From Armatimonadota bacterium (GTDB taxonomy: Bacteria > Armatimonadota > UBA5829 > DSUL01), in assembly GCA_039811685.1 (NCBI GenBank), contig JBDHZC010000003.1, positions 96,001-160,000 on the forward strand: DNA of 64,000 nucleotides. The letters run 5' to 3'. Shown one piece after another: positions 28,273 to 37,450 of this stretch. The notes beneath the pieces are model-generated. The model ran no database searches. It was not told where the DNA came from and saw only the letters and a list, made by a program, of their open reading frames with translations. A program made the position numbers and the translations under genes. Position 1 is the stretch's first letter. Each line of letters begins with the position of its first letter.

Positions 28273-29067
28273 TCAGTCATACCCGTGCCCGTAGCCGTCT
28301 CTGCTGAACACACCATTTGGTGACACACGCTCGCTGTCGAAGCTGGTGGAGCTGGTCACAAACTGCGCGTGCCCATCAGCGAAAATCACGGTCGCGCCGC
28401 CGGGGTGCCACTGCCTGTACCAATCCGGGACATACCAGTAGCGCGTGCCTGTCGGGTCTTCCTTTGGCCCAGCCCAGGGCATCATCTCATCCCGCATTAT
28501 CCGCGTCTCAGAGGGAAACTCGAACTCGGCGTCCCTGATGATGTGGTGCGGTTTGTTCACCTGCGCGTCGTTCTGGGTGGAGTTGTCCGGGTTGCCTGGC
28601 TGATTCACGATGCTGAAGCAACCTTTAGTGAATCTGTAGCTGGACCCGAATTTTTTGGCGTAGCTTTCAATATTTTGGCCACCGTTGGGGCCGCCGGTAT
28701 CGTCAGGACATTCGAAAATGCCCTGGCTTTTCGCATATGGCAGCACCTGCACTTCTACGCCTTTGTGAGGTGTCGTCGTGCAGTACATTTGAAAGATAGG
28801 CCAGGAGCTGTTGTTGTCATCCACATACATGCGCACGGCAGTGCCCACTTGCCGCGCCTGCGTCAGGCATGTAGCTACCCTTGCCCGTTCTTTGGCGCTG
28901 GTGAATACAGGAAAGAGAATCGCCGCCAGAATAGCGATGATGGCGATGACAACCAGAAGCTCGATGAGCGTGAATCCGTGTTCGTGTTGTATCCCGACGT
29001 GAGCTGAAGCGCGGCTGTGAGTCTGGTTGCGCGCGCCGCCTGCGTTGCGTCGTCTGAGTGCCCTCAT
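28273..29067 (-). CDS. Prepilin-type N-terminal cleavage/methylation protein with DUF1559-like region and H-X9-DG C-terminal motif
   Basis: G|FTLIELLVVIAIIAILAAILFPVF class III signal, AKERARVATC, FECPDD, HPGGATVIFADGH; GGAGGT RBS. Confidence 0.93.
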   Translation of the reverse strand: MRALRRRNAGGARNQTHSRASAHVGIQHEHGFTLIELLVVIAIIAILAAILFPVFTSAKERARVATCLTQARQVGTAVRMYVDDNNSSWPIFQMYCTTTPHKGVEVQVLPYAKSQGIFECPDDTGGPNGGQNIESYAKKFGSSYRFTKGCFSIVNQPGNPDNSTQNDAQVNKPHHIIRDAEFEFPSETRIMRDEMMPWAGPKEDPTGTRYWYVPDWYRQWHPGGATVIFADGHAQFVTSSTSFDSERVSPNGVFSRDGYGHGYD

Positions 29068-29094
29068 GGTGTACCTCCACCGGAGCGGCCACAC

Positions 29095-29135
29095 AAACGA
29101 AAACGCCGCCGACCGGAAACTCCCGGCCCGCGGCG
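29095..29135 (-). terminator. Intrinsic terminator, expression platform of the TPP riboswitch
   Basis: Minus strand CGCCGCGGGCCGGG-AGTT-TCCGGTCGGCGGCG followed by TTTTCGTTT, between the aptamer and the RBS. Confidence 0.75.
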
Positions 29136-29207
29136 AAACAGACGATCCATTTAGAAGAAGGTCTCAATGAAGAGTGACGGAAGACGCTCCCGCAGCTCTT
29201 CGCTATT

Positions 29208-29300
29208 CCGCTTTCCTACGCCGGCATTATCCGGATCAGGTTCCTGGGGTCGCTCCGTTATTGCGGAGCCTCTCAGCCGGCGAACCGGCTCCCCCAGCGG
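29208..29300 (-). ncRNA. TPP riboswitch (THI element)
   Basis: Minus strand: CCGCT-GGGGGAGCCGGTTCGCCGG-CTGAGA-GGCTCCGCAATAACGGAGC-GACCC-CAGGA-ACCTGATCCGGATAATGCCGGCGTAGGAA-AGCGG. Conserved CUGAGA, ACCC, ACCUGAU, UAAU and GCGUAGG elements are present and P1 closes with CCGCT/AGCGG. Confidence 0.95.
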
Positions 29301-29393
29301 TGACATCTCGCAGTCGGCATGCGGCGTGCGCCGCCCCGTTGCTGTTCAACGTACCTGCCGCGAGCCATTGGCTCGCTGGCAAGTCCCAACTTC

Positions 29394-29422
29394 ACTATAC
29401 CCATCCTGACCTCCATTCGCAA
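29394..29422 (-). promoter_or_regulatory. Sigma70 promoter driving the TPP-riboswitch leader
   Basis: TTGCGA-17-TATAGT on the minus strand. Confidence 0.65.
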
Positions 29423-29492
29423 CCAAACCTCGCCTTTGCCGCGCCACACATGCTGCAATCGACGTGCGCTGCTTGGAAAACTCCAGTTATTC

Positions 29493-29521
29493 TTGACAGA
29501 CCACCGATAGTAATGTAGCTT
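29493..29521 (+). promoter_or_regulatory. Sigma70-like promoter of the 1308-aa gene
   Basis: TTGACA-17-TAGCTT. Confidence 0.5.
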
Positions 29522-29576
29522 AGAGAATAACCTCTCATAATTCCGCGCTATCTGGCTCGAGTAATGTTGGTCTAAT

Positions 29577-32500
29577 ATGTCTGTGTTCACTTTCTTTCCT
29601 GAGTTCGCCTGTACTCCGGCTGTCCGGCGTCTGGCGCTAGCGTCTGTGTGGCTGACGCTTTTGTCTGCTGTTTTGGTCGGGGCTGACTGTATTACCGCTC
29701 CGGTTCCCGGGACTCCTTCAGTCTTTGGCGCGTCCACCAACAGCCTCAAAGTCGCCGCCTCCGCATCCGACCTGGACGATGTCTATATCGCCTTTCTGGT
29801 GACGGACGGCGCCTACACCCAGAGGTACGTTCAGGCTAACGGCGCTCTCGGCGCGTCTCCCGTCTGGAAGCTGCGCACGGACTGGAAAGCCGTCACAGTT
29901 ACAGGGCTCTCGAGCGCAACATCCTACATCTTTCAGAGCATCGCCGCTCGGGATACAGGCGGCGCCTGTGCTTCGGAGCCAGGCTCTCCCGCAGAAGGCA
30001 CAACGCTGATGATGTCCGGGGCATTCGCGGTGCCGCCAGGCTTCAGCGCCTCTCTGTGGATGAGCCCCGGGTCAGGCATCAACGGCGGAGATGGCGTCAC
30101 GTTCGCTCCGTACACGGGTCCTGGAGGGGGCACACGGATGTTCATCACGAACGCCTACTGGGGATCTGGAAAGGTCTTTAGCGTCAAGATCAACGGAGAT
30201 GGCTCAGCGGGCGTGACACAGGATTTTGCCTCCGGTTTTGAAGATCAGATAGTCAGCGCAACGTACAATCCAGCTAACGGCTACTGGTACGCGGGAGCGG
30301 GCACCAAAGTCTACTGGATGAAGGACAAAAACGGCGACGGTGATGCGCTGGACCCCGGAGAGAAGGGCGTACTGTTGAGCAACCTTGTAAGCGCTGGTAG
30401 CAAGCACGCTGTGGACAAGGTCCAGTTCAACCCGCAGAATCCGAGAGAACTGTTTTTTGGCGTGGGTTCTCATAGCGATCACGGCGAGTCTGCCGACCCT
30501 GCCTATCAGGCGATTATCCGCCGGGCGATGCTCTCACCAACCAATCCGGAGCAGGTGACCGCCGAGTCTATCAACGACCCTTCGTACTACATTTACGCAA
30601 GCGGCTTGCGGAACTCAAGCGGTGAGGTTTTTCTGACCGATGGACGCCTCGTCGCCACAGAACATGCCCCGGACTGTGACGTTTCTGAGGAGCTGAACGT
30701 CATCACCCAGGGTGCGTGTTATGGTTTTCCGGCGTGGTATGCAGACGGAACTGAGCCGACCGGAGGAGCGGTGTCGTGCTTCCCGCAAGGAACCTGCAAC
30801 TTCACGTGTCCGTGCCCCAATGACTTTACAAAGCCTGTCGCTCTCTTCCCGCCCCACTCAGCGCCCATTGGCATCGTGCAGTACACGCTCACGCAGTTTC
30901 CACTCAAGTACAGAGGACGTCTCTTCGTAGCGGAGTTTGGCAATCTGGTGAATATGCAGGATACCTCCTCCGGGCGTCGCCTGAGCATGTTTCAACCGGA
31001 CTCTGACGACGGCACAGGACACTGGCAGCGGGCCGATTTTTTCAGCGAGCCCAACACGAACGTCAATACGCGCCAGTTATCCTGGCTCGCCGATGTCCAG
31101 CAAGGACCGGACGGAGCGTTGTACGCTGTTGAGTTCTCAAACCAGGGTTTTGGCGGTAACAGCGGCTCTATCTTTCGCTTAAGCTTCTCCGACCCGACTC
31201 CTCCCACTGCGATATCTGTTCAGGATGAAGGATCGGTTACGGGAAGCACAAGCACGTTGAATGTCACGTGGACTCCCTCGTTTGATCCGCAGTCCGGCAT
31301 CCGCCAGTACTGGTACAGCGTTGGCACCGCGCCGGGGCTGGCAGATGTCAGGGGGTGGACTGGCGCTGGAAATGTGCTCAAAGCCTCAATTCAGGGACTG
31401 TCTCTCCAGAACGGGCAGACCTACTACGTGAATGTTCGCGCCGAGAACGGTAACCTTGGGACCAGCTTCCAGGGCGTGTTCTCTCCCGTTGCGAGTACCG
31501 ACGGTATTACAGTCAGCGTCCTGCCACCTGTCTCATTGCAGATCGAAGCGCCCTCAGTGACTGCGACAGCGAGAGGCCCGGCGACGTTCCCCGTCACCTA
31601 CCTGAACGCCTCGTCTGTTTCGCTGAGTCCTTCAGACGTGACTCTGATTGCAACCGGAAGCGCATCCGGCACGATTTCCGTTGTTGGAAGCGGTCTCAGT
31701 CAGCGCGACGTCGTTGTGAGCGACATTACCGGAGATGGAACTCTGGCCATATCCATAGCCGCAGGAACTGCCTCCAATCTCAGTTCATCAGCGCCGGCCG
31801 CAGGGCCGTCCGCCGCTGTTGTGGTCGATACAACCGCCCCGATAGTGTCGCAGGCGTCTCTTGAACCGGATTGTGTCCACTCCGGCGGTCCTTTGACTGT
31901 GCGGGCGACAGTTCAAGATAGCGGAACCGGAGTCAGTGCTTCCGGCGCTTTGTTGCTTGGTTCAAATATCGCACTCAACGCGGATTTTGAGGACGGCACG
32001 CTGACCGGATGGGCCAACGGAAGCAACCCCGTATATACGGTTGACAACGCCTATCCGTCCCCCGGCACTGCCCGGAGCGGGCTGCACTGGGCGGGAGCCT
32101 CTTGCGCGTATTCAAGCGGAGTCAAGACGCCAGAGTTGCGCCAGACTGTCAGTGTGACCCCGGGCGTGCGTTACTATCTGTCCGCCTGGGTCAACACACA
32201 GGACAGTCCAAATTCGTGTTCGGCTTATCTACAATTCAAGGACGGCGCTCCCCCTTCGCAGGACGGTGAATGTCAGACAGTTCCAGGGCCACTCAGCTCC
32301 CTTACTGCCAACTCCACCGGGTGGCAGCGCTTGAGCGGAGTCGTTCAACCCTCTACGAATCAACTCACGATCTGTCTTAAACTGTCGTGGGCGTGCGATG
32401 GCGCGGGTGGCGGTGGAAACTGGGACGCCGTAGAGATTCGTTCCGGAGCCTCAGCGTCTGAGTTGTCCAATGACATCGCGACGTGGAATGCTGTTGCGAA

Positions 32501-33503
32501 CGCAGACGGATATCTTCTTGTCGCCGTGGACACTGTCGGCAATTCCTCCAGTGCCCTGTCAGTTCCGGCGCCGTCAATTGACGACGAAGCGCCAGTGACC
32601 ACGGCCTCCGCGCCCGCGACTGCGACGGGAGTGGTCAAGGTTGACTGGACGGCTTCCGATACCGGTTGCAGCGGACAAATTGCGACAGGCAGCGTCCGTT
32701 TGTTTGCTCGCAAAAGCACGGGCGTCTGGGCTGATAGTGGCCTTTCCGGACAGAGTGGCAACTCCGGGAGCTTCCTTTACATTCCATCTGAGGGAAGCGG
32801 GGACTACTACTTCGCAGTTGTCGCTTCCGATACAGCCGGCAATAGTTTGGCGGCGCCCTCAAGTGGAAGTGGCGCCGGTCAGACGGCGTGCACTGTTACT
32901 CAGGGCACTCTCGTACAGCGCATCGGACAGCTCTGGAGTATGCCGGATGGTGTCGCGATTGCGCTTGCGGACAAGATAGTCTCCGCAAGCCTGGCGCAAG
33001 GCTTTGTGGTGCAGGAAAGCGACCGCTCCGCCGGCGTGCGTGTGTCGAGTTCTCAAGGCTCTTCCGCTGGTCAGACTGTGGCTATCGGTGGAGTGCTGGG
33101 TACCCAGGGATTGGAGCGTTACGTGGCAGCAGATACCGTGTATCTGCTCAACTCCGCATCGGCGCCGCAGCCTCTGTATCTCAGGCACAGAGATCTGGGC
33201 GGCACAACTGGTCTCGCGCCAACGCCAGGGGTCTCAGGGGCAATTTCACTGTTCAACGTCGGACTACTGGTGAAAGTCTCAGGAATTGTGACCTACGCGG
33301 AGGCGGGTTCCTTCTATCTTGACGACGGGAGCGGACTTCTGGACGGAAGTGGCCATCGCGGTGTCAGAGCCTATTCCAGCAAGCAAGTGTTGACTGGCGA
33401 TTTCGTTACGGTCACAGGTATCTGCGGTCTGGAAGCTGCGCCTGCTGGCGCCAGGGCTGTTGTCCGCGCCCGCTCTGACTCGGACGTGACAGTATTGAAC
33501 TGA
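29577..33503 (+). CDS. Secreted modular PQQ-dependent sugar/sorbosone dehydrogenase-like beta-propeller with FN3, Ig-like, CBM-like and C-terminal OB-like domains
   Basis: ASGLRNS, EELNVI..YGFP, HSAPIGI, LADVQQGPDGALY motifs; NADFEDG CBM-like start; shared C-terminal domain. Confidence 0.8.
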   Translation: MSVFTFFPEFACTPAVRRLALASVWLTLLSAVLVGADCITAPVPGTPSVFGASTNSLKVAASASDLDDVYIAFLVTDGAYTQRYVQANGALGASPVWKLRTDWKAVTVTGLSSATSYIFQSIAARDTGGACASEPGSPAEGTTLMMSGAFAVPPGFSASLWMSPGSGINGGDGVTFAPYTGPGGGTRMFITNAYWGSGKVFSVKINGDGSAGVTQDFASGFEDQIVSATYNPANGYWYAGAGTKVYWMKDKNGDGDALDPGEKGVLLSNLVSAGSKHAVDKVQFNPQNPRELFFGVGSHSDHGESADPAYQAIIRRAMLSPTNPEQVTAESINDPSYYIYASGLRNSSGEVFLTDGRLVATEHAPDCDVSEELNVITQGACYGFPAWYADGTEPTGGAVSCFPQGTCNFTCPCPNDFTKPVALFPPHSAPIGIVQYTLTQFPLKYRGRLFVAEFGNLVNMQDTSSGRRLSMFQPDSDDGTGHWQRADFFSEPNTNVNTRQLSWLADVQQGPDGALYAVEFSNQGFGGNSGSIFRLSFSDPTPPTAISVQDEGSVTGSTSTLNVTWTPSFDPQSGIRQYWYSVGTAPGLADVRGWTGAGNVLKASIQGLSLQNGQTYYVNVRAENGNLGTSFQGVFSPVASTDGITVSVLPPVSLQIEAPSVTATARGPATFPVTYLNASSVSLSPSDVTLIATGSASGTISVVGSGLSQRDVVVSDITGDGTLAISIAAGTASNLSSSAPAAGPSAAVVVDTTAPIVSQASLEPDCVHSGGPLTVRATVQDSGTGVSASGALLLGSNIALNADFEDGTLTGWANGSNPVYTVDNAYPSPGTARSGLHWAGASCAYSSGVKTPELRQTVSVTPGVRYYLSAWVNTQDSPNSCSAYLQFKDGAPPSQDGECQTVPGPLSSLTANSTGWQRLSGVVQPSTNQLTICLKLSWACDGAGGGGNWDAVEIRSGASASELSNDIATWNAVANADGYLLVAVDTVGNSSSALSVPAPSIDDEAPVTTASAPATATGVVKVDWTASDTGCSGQIATGSVRLFARKSTGVWADSGLSGQSGNSGSFLYIPSEGSGDYYFAVVASDTAGNSLAAPSSGSGAGQTACTVTQGTLVQRIGQLWSMPDGVAIALADKIVSASLAQGFVVQESDRSAGVRVSSSQGSSAGQTVAIGGVLGTQGLERYVAADTVYLLNSASAPQPLYLRHRDLGGTTGLAPTPGVSGAISLFNVGLLVKVSGIVTYAEAGSFYLDDGSGLLDGSGHRGVRAYSSKQVLTGDFVTVTGICGLEAAPAGARAVVRARSDSDVTVLN

Positions 33504-33577
33504 GGCATTTGTGCAGCCAGGCAGGGAGAGCTTTGTTGGTTGTCGCACATTGAGATAACTCTTGAAGCGAGGCAGCC

Positions 33578-34837
33578 ATGATTTCGAAACAGAAAACTCC
33601 TTTGGCTATTGACGGCGGTGAACCTGTGCGAAAGCGGCCATTTCCCACAATCAACGACGCTTCCGGGCGCACGCTGGGCAGTGAAGAGCTTGACAACCTG
33701 CGTCAGGTCATTGATTCTGGCAAGCTGTTTCGCTTCGCCGGGAATTTTGTCTCAGAATTTGAGCGAGATCTCGCCAGCCTGTTGAACATGAAGCACGCGG
33801 TGGCCGTTTCCTCCGGTACGGCGGCGATTCACACCGCACTGGCAACTCTCAATCTGAATCCGGGTGATGAAGTGATTGTCCCTCCCATCACCGACATGGG
33901 AACCATTGCGCCAGTGCTGGCGCTCAATCTCGTGCCCGTGTTCGCAGATGTGGACGAGCGAACGCTGACACTGGACCCGGAGTCCGTCACAGAGCGCATC
34001 ACAGAGCGCACACGCGCGATTGTCGCCGTCCATCTCGCGGGAAATATGTGTGATATGGACGTCCTCAAGAGCGTTGCTGGGGCCCACAGCATACGCCTGG
34101 TCGAAGACTGCGCCCAGGCGTACCTGAGCGCGGACAACGGCCGCCTAAGTGGAACCATCGGCGATATCGCTGCCTTCAGCCTCCAGCAGAGCAAGCATGT
34201 CACGGCGGGTGACGGAGGCGCTGTTGTGACCTCAGACGACGACCTTGCGCGTCGAGCTGCTATGTTCATGGACAAGGGCTGGGATCGTGCCAGGGGCGGG
34301 CGTCACTACATCTTGCTCGGGCTGAATTACCGGATGAATGAATTGACCGGAGCAGTGGCGGCGGCGCAGATAAAGAAAGTGGAGGGCGTGGTGCAGTCAC
34401 GCCGCGAGTCTGCCACGGCGCTCAGCGCCGCTATACGAGATCTGCCTGGCGTTGTCGTTCCGTATGTCCGGCCGGGCGTCCAGCACTCGTGGTGGTTCTA
34501 TCCGATGCTGTGGGACCAGGCTCAATCTCGGTTCAACGCGCAGGAAGCCGCCGCAGCAATGCAGGCGGAGGGCATTCCGGCTTCTTACGGCTATATTGGG
34601 AAGCCAATCTTCGACAACCCATTCATGCAGGAGCGCAAAACCTACGGGGACTCAACATATCCGTGGGGCTCAGATGGACGCGACATTATCTATCGAAATG
34701 AAGATGTGCCCCGAACATGCCGCGCTCTGGAGCGGCTGATTGTGCTGCCGATTAACGAGAACTTCACGGCGCAGGATGTCGCGGATATGGCGGAAGGCGT
34801 GCGCAAAGTCGCTCTCACCGGATCATTGGACTCCTGA
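33578..34837 (+). CDS. DegT/DnrJ/EryC1/StrS family PLP-dependent aminotransferase
   Basis: SSGTAAIH, VEDCAQA, FSLQQSKHVTAGDGG, GLNYRM. Confidence 0.93.
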   Translation: MISKQKTPLAIDGGEPVRKRPFPTINDASGRTLGSEELDNLRQVIDSGKLFRFAGNFVSEFERDLASLLNMKHAVAVSSGTAAIHTALATLNLNPGDEVIVPPITDMGTIAPVLALNLVPVFADVDERTLTLDPESVTERITERTRAIVAVHLAGNMCDMDVLKSVAGAHSIRLVEDCAQAYLSADNGRLSGTIGDIAAFSLQQSKHVTAGDGGAVVTSDDDLARRAAMFMDKGWDRARGGRHYILLGLNYRMNELTGAVAAAQIKKVEGVVQSRRESATALSAAIRDLPGVVVPYVRPGVQHSWWFYPMLWDQAQSRFNAQEAAAAMQAEGIPASYGYIGKPIFDNPFMQERKTYGDSTYPWGSDGRDIIYRNEDVPRTCRALERLIVLPINENFTAQDVADMAEGVRKVALTGSLDS

Positions 34838-34874
34838 CAGTGTTGACGCCTGCCCATTGGGCGTCTCGTCAGTG

Positions 34875-34903
34875 TTGCCCCTGAGTTGGAAATCTGATAC
34901 AGT
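34875..34903 (+). promoter_or_regulatory. Promoter of uppP
   Basis: TTGCCC-17-TACAGT with extended -10 TG. Confidence 0.5.
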
Positions 34904-34947
34904 GCTGTCGGTTTTTCGACTCCTCCGCGAAGAAAGGAATCCTCCGC

Positions 34948-35778
34948 TTGAATCTTTTTCAGGCTGCCGTTCTGGGTGCAGTCCAGGGTGCGACCGAGTT
35001 CATACCCGTCTCAAGCACCGGGCATCTCATTCTGATTCCCTACATTCTGGGCTGGCCGAAGGCGGGGCTGACATTTGATCTGGCCGCCCACGTGGGCACG
35101 CTTGTTGCCTTGCTGTGGTACTTCTGGCAGGAATGGGTTCTGATTTACACGTCCCTCGTGCGGGTCATTATGAACGCTGGCAAGTGCGACCAGGCGACGC
35201 GGCACAGAGCATCGGTAGGCGTCTGGATTCTTCTGGCGTCCATACCTGCTGCGCTGGCCGGTGTTGCCCTTGACAAGTTTGTCGAAGAGACGCTTCACAA
35301 AAGCTACGTCTTTATCGCGCTCAGCACAGGACTCGTTGCTTTCGTCATGCTGGCGGCGGACAGGCTGGGGCGCAAGAATCGCTCGTGGGGAGAAGCGGGT
35401 CTGCGCGATTGGCTTGGAATAGGCATAGCTCAGGCTCTGGCTCTGTTGCCGGGTGTATCCCGGTCAGGCATCACAATCAGCGCAGGGCTTGCGGAAGGGC
35501 TGGACAGACCGGCTGCCGCGCGCTGCAGCTTCCTCCTTTCGGCGCCTATCATCGGCGGGGCCGCAGCAATGCACATCGTAAAAGATGTCCTCCACGGTGG
35601 CATACCCTCCAGTGAGCTCAAACTTTTTGCTGTCGCGGCGCTTACTTCGGGGCTGGTAGGGTATCTCTGTATTAGATTTTTACTGAACTATCTGCGTCAG
35701 CATACGCTCGTACCTTTTGTGTGGTATCGGGTTGTTCTGGCGCTGTTTATTCTCAGCCTGGTGTTTGTACGCAGGTAG
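34948..35778 (+). CDS. uppP: Undecaprenyl-diphosphate phosphatase (BacA)
   Basis: LGAVQGATEFIPVSSTGH, PGVSRSGITI. Confidence 0.95.
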   Translation: MNLFQAAVLGAVQGATEFIPVSSTGHLILIPYILGWPKAGLTFDLAAHVGTLVALLWYFWQEWVLIYTSLVRVIMNAGKCDQATRHRASVGVWILLASIPAALAGVALDKFVEETLHKSYVFIALSTGLVAFVMLAADRLGRKNRSWGEAGLRDWLGIGIAQALALLPGVSRSGITISAGLAEGLDRPAAARCSFLLSAPIIGGAAAMHIVKDVLHGGIPSSELKLFAVAALTSGLVGYLCIRFLLNYLRQHTLVPFVWYRVVLALFILSLVFVRR

Positions 35779-35817
35779 CCGCTGGATGCGGTGCACGGTG
35801 GTAGGACGCTGAAAGGG

Positions 35818-36972
35818 ATGCCATCTCCAATAGCTTCTCCGCTTGAGCAGACGAAATGGGATAAATGGGCACAGGCGCTCGCAACGCGCTACGACGCGGA
35901 CACAGAGCTTGCGCTTCTCAGCGGCAGCGTCTCGGACTGGAGTGTGTGCGTAAAGGAACTTCACGAGCGCCGCCTGTCCGGCGCCGTCTGGACGACCTTC
36001 CGGGACCAGGGGCTCCAGCGTCTTCTTCCCCAGTCCGTACAGCAGAGCTTTTCGCACGAATGGTCGCGGGCTGTGCGGATGAACTCCGAGTCTCACGCTC
36101 CTGTGAGCCGCCTTGCCGCTCTCCTGGACAACGAGCGCATCCCGTGGGTTCTGCTCAAAATCCCCTCAGCGTCTGATTTCCTTTACTTCCCTGAACCAGC
36201 GGACTACGTCGCCACGTCAGTTGTGCTCACCAAACCTGAAAGCTACAACCGGACACTCAAGCTGCTTGCGAAAAATCAGTGGGAGCTCAGAGAAGACATG
36301 CCGCCAGAGTACACGGCGCTCGGAAGCGCCACTCTGACACACATCTCACACGGCGCGGCTCAGGTGAGAGTCCTGTGCCATCTCTGGAGTCCTCTGGCGA
36401 GGCCCAGCGAAGAGGTTCTGTGGGAGAGCCTGGAAAAGGCAGACCTGGACGAGCGCAGCGTGCAGCTGCTTGGGTCTGCCGATAGGGCTTTGTGGAGCGC
36501 TGTGGGCAGTGTATTTGATCGCAGGCTCCACGAGACCTGGCAGCTTCTCGACATCGCACTGGCCCTTGGACGTCTGGATCGGGAAGGTTGGCTGCTTCTC
36601 CTGGATCATGCTCAGCGGATGGATGTTCTGCCAGAGGCCAGTATGGCAATTCAGGCGTGTGCTCACCGCACGGACCTGAGGCCGCCACCGGGAGTTTCTG
36701 ACTTCATTGCGCAGGCGATGCCAAAGGGCCGGCGCGCTCAGATCCCTTCACTCATGTTCAGAGAGGACGCATCAACCACAGACTTGACTCTCGCGCGAAT
36801 CTCGCTTCTACATACGCGCTCCGAGCGCCGTCATTACTGTCACTTTGCCAAATCGCCGCCTTATGGATGGCGTGAAGAGCATCGGAAGTATGAGCCGGAT
36901 GACCTGCTGTGTGAAAAGCCGTTCAAAGGGTTCTGGGGAGCATTGCGCCATATCCTGTGCGGTTGGTGGTAA
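35818..36972 (+). CDS. Divergent nucleotidyltransferase-family (NTP_transf_5-like) protein
   Basis: Layout resembles the family (IPWVLLK..LY.P, VLCHL, WQLLDIALAL) but the catalytic DxD is absent. Confidence 0.55.
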   Translation: MPSPIASPLEQTKWDKWAQALATRYDADTELALLSGSVSDWSVCVKELHERRLSGAVWTTFRDQGLQRLLPQSVQQSFSHEWSRAVRMNSESHAPVSRLAALLDNERIPWVLLKIPSASDFLYFPEPADYVATSVVLTKPESYNRTLKLLAKNQWELREDMPPEYTALGSATLTHISHGAAQVRVLCHLWSPLARPSEEVLWESLEKADLDERSVQLLGSADRALWSAVGSVFDRRLHETWQLLDIALALGRLDREGWLLLLDHAQRMDVLPEASMAIQACAHRTDLRPPPGVSDFIAQAMPKGRRAQIPSLMFREDASTTDLTLARISLLHTRSERRHYCHFAKSPPYGWREEHRKYEPDDLLCEKPFKGFWGALRHILCGWW

Positions 36973-37036
36973 CCTTCAGGAAGCGCCGCAAAAAACCGAT
37001 GGATAAAAAGCAGGATAGCTTACTAACTTGTGGAAG

Positions 37037-37045
37037 TGATATAAT
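37037..37045 (+). promoter_or_regulatory. Extended -10 promoter (TGaTATAAT) upstream of the structured leader and TRAM gene
   Basis: Perfect TGnTATAAT in an AT-rich stretch; no clear -35 box. Confidence 0.55.
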
Positions 37046-37149
37046 AATAGCGTAAGCATTTCATGCCAGTGTGATCAGAAGATTGGCGCTGGCTTTTGGG
37101 ACGCTGGAGGCGGCGAGACGGACTTGATACCATATCGCACAATTCCCGA

Positions 37150-37450
37150 TTCGGAGCAAGGACCACTGGTCTTGTTTCGGGCAGCACGGCTGCTCACACT
37201 GAGTAGAGCCGTGCTCGCTGACCTCCTCTCCGCTCCTCTCCCCTCTTCTCGTTATCTTCTTCGTGTTCACCTGACTGTCCGCTCTTTTGTGACTCTTTGC
37301 ACCCGTACCACTGTTACCGCTTTTCTGCCGCTCTTCGCGTCAGAGACAGTCAGGCTTCTTGTCCAGCCAGCGCCTGCCTATTCGCACGGCGCTAATCGTG
37401 ATCTGCAGCGTCTTGTTCCGGTCACAAGGCCGGGCGGGCGCTGTTTGTTT
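37150..37450 (+). ncRNA. Putative structured non-coding leader or sRNA with four helices and CU-rich linkers
   Basis: Stems 37152-37179, AGCACGGCT/AGCCGTGCT (37183-37215), CCTGACTGTC/GACAGTCAGG (37270-37354), CAGCGCCTGCC/GGCGGGCGCTG (37368-37443); the G-U pairs favour the plus strand. Confidence 0.5.
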
